In this document: positions 53,478-61,108 of the stretch, piece after piece | Numbering within the stretch: the first letter of the stretch is position 1 | How the letters are laid out: every line of letters begins with the position of its first letter | Origin: Pseudomonadota bacterium | Lineage (GTDB): Bacteria; Myxococcota; JACRCW01; JAFGSX01 | Direction: 5' to 3' | Assembly: GCA_043821645.1 (NCBI GenBank) | Contig: JBDRCO010000087.1 | Location: forward strand, 224,001 to 288,000 | Length of the DNA stretch: 64,000 nucleotides | Position numbers and translations under genes: made by a program | The notes under the pieces: model-generated | What the model saw: the letters and a program-made list of their open reading frames with translations, nothing else | Told to the model about the DNA's origin: nothing | Databases searched by the model: none

Positions 53478-55253
53478 ATGAGCGGCGTCACATCCACATT
53501 CAAGGTCGGCCTCGTCGTCACCATGGCGACCCTGGGCTGGCTCTTCTGGTTCTTCAACACCAGCAAGAATCAGCTCGGCGGTGCCGACACCATCGGCGTT
53601 CACGCCTACTTCAAGACCGCGGCCGGTCTGAGCGCCAAGAGCAAGGTCACCGCTGCAGGTCTCGATGTGGGGCAGATCGCGCTCATCAGCCTGGTCGATT
53701 TCGACCGCATCCCCGACGAGGTGGCACGCTGCGAGCAGGAAGATGCGCTGCGCCAGCAGGGTCTGTACACCCCGCCCAAGAAGGGCGAGCTGCGCGAGAC
53801 GGCCGGCTGTCGTCGCGGCCACTGGGCGCGGGTGGACATGCGGGTGAAGCAGAGCTTTGCCCTGCACAGCGACGCCAAGGTCGAGAAGACCACCGCCGGC
53901 CTCCTGGGCAGCAACATGCTCGAGCTGGCTCCAGGCGATCCGGTCAAGCCCGTACTGGCGGACGGCTCCGAGATCATCAACGTCAACTGGATGAGCGGCA
54001 TGGAGTCGCTGTTCAGCTCGGTGGGAGACCTCGAGGGCGACATCCAGAGCATCGTGCGCAACATCAATGGCATCACCGCCAGCATCAACCAGTTCATGGG
54101 CCCCGACCCGACCGGCGCCGCACCCATGCCCAGCTTTCCGACCCTGGTGGCGGAGTTGCAGGCGCAGCTCGAGCAGGTCACCGCCGACGTGGGCAAGACC
54201 GTGCGGCAAGTCAATGGCATCCTCGGCGACAATCGCCAGAACGTGAGCGAGGTGATCGCCAACCTGACCCGGGTCAGTGAGGAACTCAAGGCCATCGCGG
54301 ATGGCACGGGCGAGAGAGGCGCCGCCTTCAACACGGTGGTGGCCAACGTGGCCGACGTCTCCGAGCAGCTGCGCGGGGTGGTCTCGGAGCTGCGCTCCCT
54401 CATCGGCGCTGCCGAGGCTGCCGAGGCTGAGGGTGAAAGCGGCAGCGCCAGCGAGCAGCTGGCAGGAGCCCGCAAGCAGGCCACAGGGATCCGCGAGACC
54501 GTCGAGCGCCTCAACGAGTCCCTCGATGCCCTGTCCCGGGTCACCACGCGCATCGCCGACGGCGAGGGTACGGTGGGGCGCCTGCTCACCGACGACAAGC
54601 TGGCGCGGGACATCGAAGACGCGGTGGAGGGCGCGGGCGAGATCGTGGCCGGGATCAACCGCCTGGATACCCACGTGCAGGTGCTGGCCTGGTACAACTT
54701 CAACCAGGGCACGGCCCACGACGGGCTGAGCGTGCGATTGCAGCCGAGACCCGACAAGTACTACCTGGTCGAGCTGATGAACGATCCGCGGCGGGTGCCG
54801 CTGTACACCTGGACCACCACCACCACCAGCGATCCCCTGCACAGCCCCGGCGGCGGCACCACGACCTACCTGGAAGAAGTCGCGCAGATGACCGACGACT
54901 TCCGGCTGACCGCGATGTTCGCCAAGATGTGGGGGCCGCTCACCCTGCGCGTGGGCATCATCGAAAACTCCGGCGGCGTTGGCGCCAACCTGTGGTTCTG
55001 GGAGGACCGCATTCGCCTGCGCACGGACCTGTACCAGTTCGGGTACTTCGACAAGCTGCCACGTTGGCGCAGCTACTTCGAGCTCGAGCCCATCGAACAC
55101 GTGTTCGTGATCGCCGGCGTCGACGACGTGCTCAACGCCTGGGATCAGAACTTCGTGTACAACCCCAATGGCTGGGATTACTTCGCCGGGGCTGGCCTCG
55201 GCTTCACCGACGACGATCTCAAAAGCCTGCTCACCATCCTGCCCACGCCATGA
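53478..55253 (+). CDS. MCE/MlaD family protein with long helical region and C-terminal beta-rich domain
   Basis: FKVG + TM; AAGL..SKV..AGLDVGQI; GLLG..LELAPG; DGEGTVGRLLTD; alternating strands ending YFAGAGLGFTDDDLK. Confidence 0.88.
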   Translation: MSGVTSTFKVGLVVTMATLGWLFWFFNTSKNQLGGADTIGVHAYFKTAAGLSAKSKVTAAGLDVGQIALISLVDFDRIPDEVARCEQEDALRQQGLYTPPKKGELRETAGCRRGHWARVDMRVKQSFALHSDAKVEKTTAGLLGSNMLELAPGDPVKPVLADGSEIINVNWMSGMESLFSSVGDLEGDIQSIVRNINGITASINQFMGPDPTGAAPMPSFPTLVAELQAQLEQVTADVGKTVRQVNGILGDNRQNVSEVIANLTRVSEELKAIADGTGERGAAFNTVVANVADVSEQLRGVVSELRSLIGAAEAAEAEGESGSASEQLAGARKQATGIRETVERLNESLDALSRVTTRIADGEGTVGRLLTDDKLARDIEDAVEGAGEIVAGINRLDTHVQVLAWYNFNQGTAHDGLSVRLQPRPDKYYLVELMNDPRRVPLYTWTTTTTSDPLHSPGGGTTTYLEEVAQMTDDFRLTAMFAKMWGPLTLRVGIIENSGGVGANLWFWEDRIRLRTDLYQFGYFDKLPRWRSYFELEPIEHVFVIAGVDDVLNAWDQNFVYNPNGWDYFAGAGLGFTDDDLKSLLTILPTP

Positions 55254-56386
55254 GGACCATCGTCGCCACCCTGTTGCTTGCGTGGGTTCTCGGCTGTGCC
55301 CAGTCCAAGCCGCGACCTGCACCCGCGGCGCCGCGTTGCATGCGGCTGGACCGCGTGCAGGGCATCACCGTCGAGGTGCCCTGCTCGGGCAGCGACCAGG
55401 ATCAGGACGGGCTCGACGATGCCGCGGACCTGTGCCCCACCGCGCCCGAGAGCGCCAATGGTCAGGACGACCTCGACGGCTGCCCGGACCCCGACGCCGA
55501 TGGGGACCAGCTGCGCGACGACCTCGACGACTGCCCGCACCAGGCCGGGCCTGCGCCCACGGGTTGCCCGATCCTGGATGCCGATCAGGATGGCTTCGTC
55601 GATCACCTCGACTCCTGCCCGCTGGATCCCGAGGACTTCAACGGCATCGAGGATCAGGACGGTTGCCCCGACGGCGCCGACGTGGTGGTGGTGGCGCGCA
55701 ACGACACCCTGTACCTCAAGCAGCCGGTGCACTTCCTCAAGAAGAGCGCGATGCTGCTCCCCGACTCCAAGGATCTCCTGGACCGGGTTGGCACCCAGCT
55801 CAAGCGCCACGAGGATCGCATCGCGCGCATTCGCGTGGTCGGGCACGCCGACAGCCGCGAGGTCAGCGGCAAGAAAGCCGAGGCCCTGTCCCGGACTCGC
55901 GCCCGCATCGTGGCGCGCTATCTCATCTTGCAGGGCATGGACAAGAAGGTGTTCGAGACCGAGGCCCTGGGCAGCAAGAAACCCGCCAGCAAGGGGCGTC
56001 GCCCGCGCGATCGCGAGAAAAACCAGCGGGTCGAGCTGCTGGTGACTCTCAAACCTGCCACCGTGCCCGAGCTGGCCGCCTTGCCCGCACCCGCTGCGGT
56101 CGACGCAGGCGCTGCCGACGCCGTCACGGCCACGGCCGCGACCACCACGACGACGACGACGGGCGGGACAACGACCACCGCATCCACCGGGACGGGTGGT
56201 GCGGATGCGGGTCAGGCAGGCACCGCGACCACGACGACGGCCACCACCACCACCACCGCGACCACGACGACCACCACCACGTCCAGTGCGGCCGAGCCCG
56301 GCGTCCAGCCCTATAGCGAGGAAGAGAACTGGGACGAGGAGTTCCTCGACCAGGATTGGGACGAGAAGTTTCTTCAGAAGGATTGA
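55250..56386 (+). CDS. OmpA-domain lipoprotein with thrombospondin type 3-like repeats
   Basis: Lipobox VLGC; DxDxDGxxDxxDxCP repeats; GHADS..LS..RA..V..N.RVE; ATGA overlap with the MCE gene. Confidence 0.9.
   Translation: MRTIVATLLLAWVLGCAQSKPRPAPAAPRCMRLDRVQGITVEVPCSGSDQDQDGLDDAADLCPTAPESANGQDDLDGCPDPDADGDQLRDDLDDCPHQAGPAPTGCPILDADQDGFVDHLDSCPLDPEDFNGIEDQDGCPDGADVVVVARNDTLYLKQPVHFLKKSAMLLPDSKDLLDRVGTQLKRHEDRIARIRVVGHADSREVSGKKAEALSRTRARIVARYLILQGMDKKVFETEALGSKKPASKGRRPRDREKNQRVELLVTLKPATVPELAALPAPAAVDAGAADAVTATAATTTTTTTGGTTTTASTGTGGADAGQAGTATTTTATTTTTATTTTTTTSSAAEPGVQPYSEEENWDEEFLDQDWDEKFLQKD
56125..56283 (+). repeat. Thr-rich low-complexity tract (ACC/ACG runs)
   Basis: Several poly-Thr runs in the OmpA protein tail. 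Confidence 0.85.
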
Positions 56387-56467
56387 GTTTCGAGGAGGTT
56401 CGCTGCCTGTCCCCGGGCGCGTTCCTCGACAGACCCGGCTGTCCGAAGAACCCAGGCGGCGGCGTGC

Positions 56468-57751
56468 TTACTTTTTCTTTGCGGGCTTGCCCTTCTTGGC
56501 GCGCAGCTCGGCCGCAGCCTCCTGGATCTCGGTCAAGTCGCGCTGCATCTCGCTCCAGCCGTACCACAGGGCATAGTCCGGGTTGGCGTGGAAGGTGCCC
56601 TGGAAGGCGCGCATGCGGTGCTCGAGGAACATCACGAACAGCGTCTGCTCGATGACTGTGGGCGCGTCGTGGAAGGCCAGCAGGTCCGGGTAGGCGCTGG
56701 CATAGCCCTTGGGCTTGGGCAGCACACCGTCCCGGTACAGGCCCGCGACCTCACGGATGGCCTCGGCCATCAAGTGGTCGACGTGGCGGATCATGTCGTC
56801 GCCCTTTTGCAGCTCACCCTTGGCGAAGTCCGGAGCGTGGCACTGGGCGCAGGTGTTGAGCATCTTGTCGCGGCCGGCCTGCCAGCTCGCCTGGTCCAGG
56901 CGCGCCAGGTCGGCGGCCTTGACCACCTCGAGGCGGCCGGTGGGCTTGCCCGTGGGGTCGAGCACACCCAGCCCCATGAGGATGGTGGCGCGATCCGCCG
57001 CCCATTGCTTGTCCTCGGGCATGGGCAGGCGCACGGCCAAGAAGCCCCAGGGCGCCCGCACCTCGTGATCGCCGCCCTGCATGTGGCAGGTCTGACAGGT
57101 GGGCGCCGCGGTCTCCTTGGGCAGGATGCCGTTCTGCTTGAGCAGGGCGCGCACGCCGTGCTTGCTCCCCGAGTACATCTCCCACTGCGGGTGATCGAAG
57201 CCCATGTGGCAGGTCTGGCAGGCCTGGGGCTGCTGCGCCTCGAGCACCGAGAAGGTGTGGCGGGTGTGGCAGGCATCGCAGGAAGCGGTGCCGAAGCCCG
57301 GGCCCGTCTTCTTGAGTTCGGCGATCTCGGCCTCGCTCTTGAGGCCGATCTTGTGGCAACCGCCACAGCCCTTCATGCCGTCGCTGAGGGCAGCAGGCAG
57401 GCCATGGGTGGTGGGCATGGCCTTCATGGCCGCCCAGGCGACGGCGTGCTTGCCCTTCTTGTACTGGGCCACGCGCTCCTCGTGACACTGGGCACAGGTC
57501 TCGGGAGTGGGGATCTGTGCCTTGCGGGCGTCGTCGGCACTCTTGTGCGCGTCACCGTGGCAACCATCGCAACTCACGCCATTCTTGCTGTGTTTGCTCA
57601 GCTTCCAGTCCCCCACGATGCCTGGCGACTGCTTCTGGTGGCACTGCACGCAGACATCGGCGCTTGCCTTGACTTTCTTCTTGGTGGCGGCGTGTGCCAG
57701 TGGAGACCACAGCAGGGCCGTGGCGACGAGGATGACGACTGTTTTTGGCAT
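56468..57751 (-). CDS. Octaheme cytochrome c, hydroxylamine-oxidoreductase-like family
   Basis: Signal peptide; eight CxxCH motifs; CHTRHTFS, CHMGFDHPQWEMY..SKHG, FHANPDY..WYGW. Confidence 0.9.
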   Translation of the reverse strand: MPKTVVILVATALLWSPLAHAATKKKVKASADVCVQCHQKQSPGIVGDWKLSKHSKNGVSCDGCHGDAHKSADDARKAQIPTPETCAQCHEERVAQYKKGKHAVAWAAMKAMPTTHGLPAALSDGMKGCGGCHKIGLKSEAEIAELKKTGPGFGTASCDACHTRHTFSVLEAQQPQACQTCHMGFDHPQWEMYSGSKHGVRALLKQNGILPKETAAPTCQTCHMQGGDHEVRAPWGFLAVRLPMPEDKQWAADRATILMGLGVLDPTGKPTGRLEVVKAADLARLDQASWQAGRDKMLNTCAQCHAPDFAKGELQKGDDMIRHVDHLMAEAIREVAGLYRDGVLPKPKGYASAYPDLLAFHDAPTVIEQTLFVMFLEHRMRAFQGTFHANPDYALWYGWSEMQRDLTEIQEAAAELRAKKGKPAKKK

Positions 57752-57843
57752 GTAAATCTCCTCCGGTGTGGGTGTGGATCCGGCGGCGAAAGAGTCCCGT
57801 GCTCTCTGCTCATCCTCAACGGTGAGGCCTGAGCGGAGTTCAC

Positions 57844-57861
57844 CAGTTCTGTGTAGAACTG
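57844..57861. promoter_or_regulatory. Perfect palindrome, candidate operator
   Basis: CAGTTCT-GTGT-AGAACTG, 2 nt from the FNR box. Confidence 0.5.
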
Positions 57862-57863
57862 CC

Positions 57864-57877
57864 TTGATTCAGATCAA
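57864..57877. promoter_or_regulatory. FNR/CRP-family binding box upstream of the octaheme cytochrome gene
   Basis: TTGAT-TCAG-ATCAA, an exact TTGAT-N4-ATCAA match. Confidence 0.8.
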
Positions 57878-57891
57878 GTGTGCGGGAGTCC

Positions 57892-58260
57892 CTAGCGCGC
57901 GCGTCGCGATCTCCGGCGTCGGCGGTGGGTGTCGAGTTCCTCGGGTTTGCGGCCTCCGAGCAGGCGCGGCGCCAGGCGACCCAGGAAATCGTCTGCTGCC
58001 TCGAGGCCGCTGCTGGAGCGGAGCTGGAGCTGGACCACCACACCGGCCACGTCCAGGGCCAGGCCCACGGCCATCAGCACGCCGAACAGGCCCGCATGCT
58101 CCCGCACCGGCATCGCCAGGGCCACAGCCAGGATCACGCACAGCGCACCACCGCCGAGCAAGGTCCAGGATACGACCCGCAACCTCCGTCGCGCGCGCGC
58201 CTGCTGGGCGGCCAGCTCGGCCTCGTAGCGATCGGGATCACCTGCCGCGGAGATCATCAT
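57892..58260 (-). CDS. Small two-TM hypothetical protein
   Basis: Two hydrophobic helices; fills the gap before the rpsP promoter. Confidence 0.55.
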   Translation of the reverse strand: MMISAAGDPDRYEAELAAQQARARRRLRVVSWTLLGGGALCVILAVALAMPVREHAGLFGVLMAVGLALDVAGVVVQLQLRSSSGLEAADDFLGRLAPRLLGGRKPEELDTHRRRRRSRRAR

Positions 58261-58328
58261 GGGGGCACGCTACCCGCTGCCGGGGCCCGGCCGCAAGCGA
58301 GCCTGTCTGCCCGGCCGCATCTTCGCGT

Positions 58329-58357
58329 TTGACAGGCCCTGTGGGATCCGCTAATTG
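58329..58357 (+). promoter_or_regulatory. Possible sigma70-type promoter of the rpsP operon
   Basis: TTGACA-N17-TAATTG. Confidence 0.5.
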
Positions 58358-58438
58358 CACCCTCTTTGTCGGCCCTTGAGAGCCGTACGAGACGTGTGCA
58401 GACCGGACTGAGATCCGGGTGCGATGAGGAACAGATCG

Positions 58439-58699
58439 ATGGCAGCCAAGATCCGTCTGGCGCGCGCTGGCGCAAAAAAGAAGCCCTTTTACCGCATCAT
58501 CGTCACCGACAGCCGCAGCAAGCGGGACGGCGATTTCCTGGAGCAGGTCGGGACCTACGACCCGCGCCCGGTGCCGCCGGCCATCAATCTGAAGGTGGAT
58601 CGGATCAAGCACTGGCTGTCGCACGGCGTGCAGGCTACCGACACCGTCAAGCGCCTGTTCAAGCAGCACGGTCTGGCCGATCCGCCGGCCCAGGCCTGA
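58439..58699 (+). CDS. rpsP: 30S ribosomal protein S16
   Basis: KIRLARAGAKKKPFYRIIVTDSR..RDG; GVQATDTV. Confidence 0.97.
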   Translation: MAAKIRLARAGAKKKPFYRIIVTDSRSKRDGDFLEQVGTYDPRPVPPAINLKVDRIKHWLSHGVQATDTVKRLFKQHGLADPPAQA

Positions 58700-58881
58700 A
58701 GCGCGTTGCACGGGGGCCCTGCGGGTGAAGCTCGCCGGGCGATGCCGGGGAGGATCCCGTCGCCAGGTCGCGCAGGTCGTGGCCGAGGTCGGGACAGGGG
58801 TACGCGGGGCGCCCGATTCTTCCCGAAAAGCTCCGGGTCTCGCGACAGCGGGTGCATGCTGCTGCGAAAGCCGAGGTCGTC

Positions 58882-59115
58882 ATGAAGGAGCTCATCGAGT
58901 ACATCGCCCGCGCGCTCGTCGACAGCCCCGACGCCGTGGAGGTGAGTGAGCTTGGCGAGGAGCAGGCCAGCATGATCACCCTCAAGGTCGCTCGCGAGGA
59001 CCTGGGCAAGGTCATCGGCAAGAAGGGCCGCACCGCCAAGGCCATGCGCACCATCCTCAGCGCGGCCTCGACCAAGCTGCGCAAGCGATCCAGCCTGGAG
59101 ATCATGGAGCCCTAG
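58882..59115 (+). CDS. khpA: KH-domain RNA-binding protein
   Basis: MKELIEYIARALVD; DLGKVIGKKGRTAKAMRT; rpsP-rimM synteny. Confidence 0.93.
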   Translation: MKELIEYIARALVDSPDAVEVSELGEEQASMITLKVAREDLGKVIGKKGRTAKAMRTILSAASTKLRKRSSLEIMEP

Positions 59116-59149
59116 CAGTGCCGTCCTGTTCCCGGCGCCCGGCGCGTCC

Positions 59150-59695
59150 GTGACCCCCCCCAGCCCGAGCATTCCGGTGGCGCGTATCGTGCGGGCCCAT
59201 GGCATTCGCGGCGAGATGCGCGTGCTTCTGTACAACCCGGACTCGACCCTGCTGCGCCGAGGCCTGCAGCTCGAGGTCTACGCCCGGGATGGCGCCGTGC
59301 ATGCGCACGTGATCCAGCGCCTGCGCCCCCAGCAGCAAGACCTGCTGCTGACCCTCGACGGCATCGACAGCCGCGACGCGGCCGAGGCCCTGCACGGTGC
59401 CGAGCTGCGTGTGGCGCGTGCCGCCCTGCCGCCCACCGACGACGACGAGTACTACGCCATCGACCTCGTGGGTTGCCGTGTGGTCGATGCCCAGGGCACC
59501 GAGCTGGGTCAGGTGAGCCAGGTCAGTGACAACGGAGCGCAGGACCTGCTGCACGTCGAGGCCAGCGGGGGCGAGTGGCTGCTGCCGCTGGTGGACGCCT
59601 ACGTCGACACCGTGGATCTGGACGCGCGCACCGTACGCGTGAGGCAGGTGGCGGAGCTGATCGCCCTGGGCCAGGCTCCGTCGACCAAGGACTAG
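59150..59695 (+). CDS. rimM: Ribosome maturation factor RimM
   Basis: AHGIRGE; DEYYAIDLVG; GAQDLL. Confidence 0.95.
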   Translation: MTPPSPSIPVARIVRAHGIRGEMRVLLYNPDSTLLRRGLQLEVYARDGAVHAHVIQRLRPQQQDLLLTLDGIDSRDAAEALHGAELRVARAALPPTDDDEYYAIDLVGCRVVDAQGTELGQVSQVSDNGAQDLLHVEASGGEWLLPLVDAYVDTVDLDARTVRVRQVAELIALGQAPSTKD

Positions 59696-59700
59696 GCGCC

Positions 59701-60450
59701 ATGCGCATCGACCTGCTGTCGCTGTTCCCGGACATGTTCGACGCCGTGCTCGATGCGAGCATCCTCGGCCGCGCCCGGCGCGCGGGTCTGGTCGACCTGC
59801 GCTGCACCGACATCCGTCTGTTCACCGACGACAGGCACCATACCGTCGACGACACGCCCTATGGCGGCGGCGCTGGCATGGTGCTCAAGATCGAGCCTGC
59901 GCTCACCGCCATCGAAGCCGTGGTCGGCGACGAGGGAGGGCCTCCCGACGGGCGCGTCATCGCGCTCATGAGTGCCAGCGGCCATCGCTTCGAGCAGGCC
60001 GCGGCGCGCGAGCTCAGTCTGACACGGCATCTGGTGCTGCTGTGCGGGCGCTACGAGGGCGTGGATGCGCGACTTGCGGCCTACGTCGATCGCGAGCTGA
60101 GTATTGGCGACTACGTGCTCACCGGCGGCGAGCTGGCGGCCATGGTCGTGGTCGACGCCGTGGTGCGGCTGTTGCCCGGAGCCCTGGGCAACGACCAGAG
60201 CGCGGTCCACGAGTCCCACACCGGATACAGGCTCGAGCACCCGCACTACACCCGACCGCCCGTGCATCTGGGCGAGGCCGTGCCCGAGGTGCTGCTGTCC
60301 GGCGATCACCGGCGCATCGCCCAGTGGCGACAGGCGCAGTCGCTGCACCGCACCCGCGAAGCTCGCCCGGACCTGCTGCGGGATCATCCCCTGACCAGTG
60401 ACGAGATCGCCCTGCTGTGCGGGCGCGAGCCACGCAGGGGTCGCCGGTGA
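59701..60450 (+). CDS. trmD: tRNA (guanine-N1)-methyltransferase
   Basis: VDDTPYGGGAGMV; CGRYEGVDAR; SIGDYVLTGGE; PHYTRP. Confidence 0.98.
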   Translation: MRIDLLSLFPDMFDAVLDASILGRARRAGLVDLRCTDIRLFTDDRHHTVDDTPYGGGAGMVLKIEPALTAIEAVVGDEGGPPDGRVIALMSASGHRFEQAAARELSLTRHLVLLCGRYEGVDARLAAYVDRELSIGDYVLTGGELAAMVVVDAVVRLLPGALGNDQSAVHESHTGYRLEHPHYTRPPVHLGEAVPEVLLSGDHRRIAQWRQAQSLHRTREARPDLLRDHPLTSDEIALLCGREPRRGRR

Positions 60451-61007
60451 CGGTTCCTCGCCTGGCCATCGCCCTGTGCCACTACCCCGTGCTGGACCCC
60501 CGGAATCAGGTGTCCTGCTCGGCGATCACCAACCTCGACGTGCATGACATGGCGCGTTCTGCCACCACCTATGGCGTCGATGCGGCCTACGTGGTCACGC
60601 CGGTGGCCAAGCAGCGCGAGCTGGTCGAGGCCATCCTGCAGCACTGGCTGGGCGGCACCGGTGGCGATCGCTGTCCGGATCGCAGCACCGCCTTCAAGAT
60701 CCTGCACCCCGCGGGCTCCATCGAGGAGGTGCTGGCGCTGGAGGCCGTAGCAGCCGACGGGCAGACCCCGACCGTGGTGGTCACCAGTGCGCGCCACGAC
60801 CCGGCCATCGTCGAGGTGGCCACGCTGCGCGAGCGCCTGCAGCGGGAGTCCGCACTGATCCTGTTCGGCACCGCGCGCGGCCTGGCGCCCTCGGTGCTGG
60901 AGCGCGCCGATCTGCGCCTGGCTCCGCTCGAGGGCACGGGCAGCTACAACCACCTTTCGGTGCGAGCGGCCATCGCCATCTACCTGGACAGGCTGCGCGG
61001 GCGCTGA
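60447..61007 (+). CDS. SPOUT-family RNA methyltransferase (trmD-associated)
   Basis: HYPV..ITNLDVHDMARS..TYG; FGTARGL; YNHLSVRAA.AIYLDRL; GTGA overlap. Confidence 0.88.
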   Translation: MTVPRLAIALCHYPVLDPRNQVSCSAITNLDVHDMARSATTYGVDAAYVVTPVAKQRELVEAILQHWLGGTGGDRCPDRSTAFKILHPAGSIEEVLALEAVAADGQTPTVVVTSARHDPAIVEVATLRERLQRESALILFGTARGLAPSVLERADLRLAPLEGTGSYNHLSVRAAIAIYLDRLRGR

Positions 61008-61108
61008 ACCTGCGCGGCAGCTTTCTGGAGAGCCTGCCTCACCCATGTTAGCGTGATGACGCGACCCTTCGTGCGTCGACGGAGCCTGCGCTCCGGACGC
61101 CGGGAGCA

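Noticed and set aside
56125-56283. ACC/ACG and GAG/GAA runs as CRISPR arrays or VNTR/phase-variation tracts
   Set aside because: In-frame mixed-codon amino-acid repeats with no spacer-repeat periodicity; no cas genes
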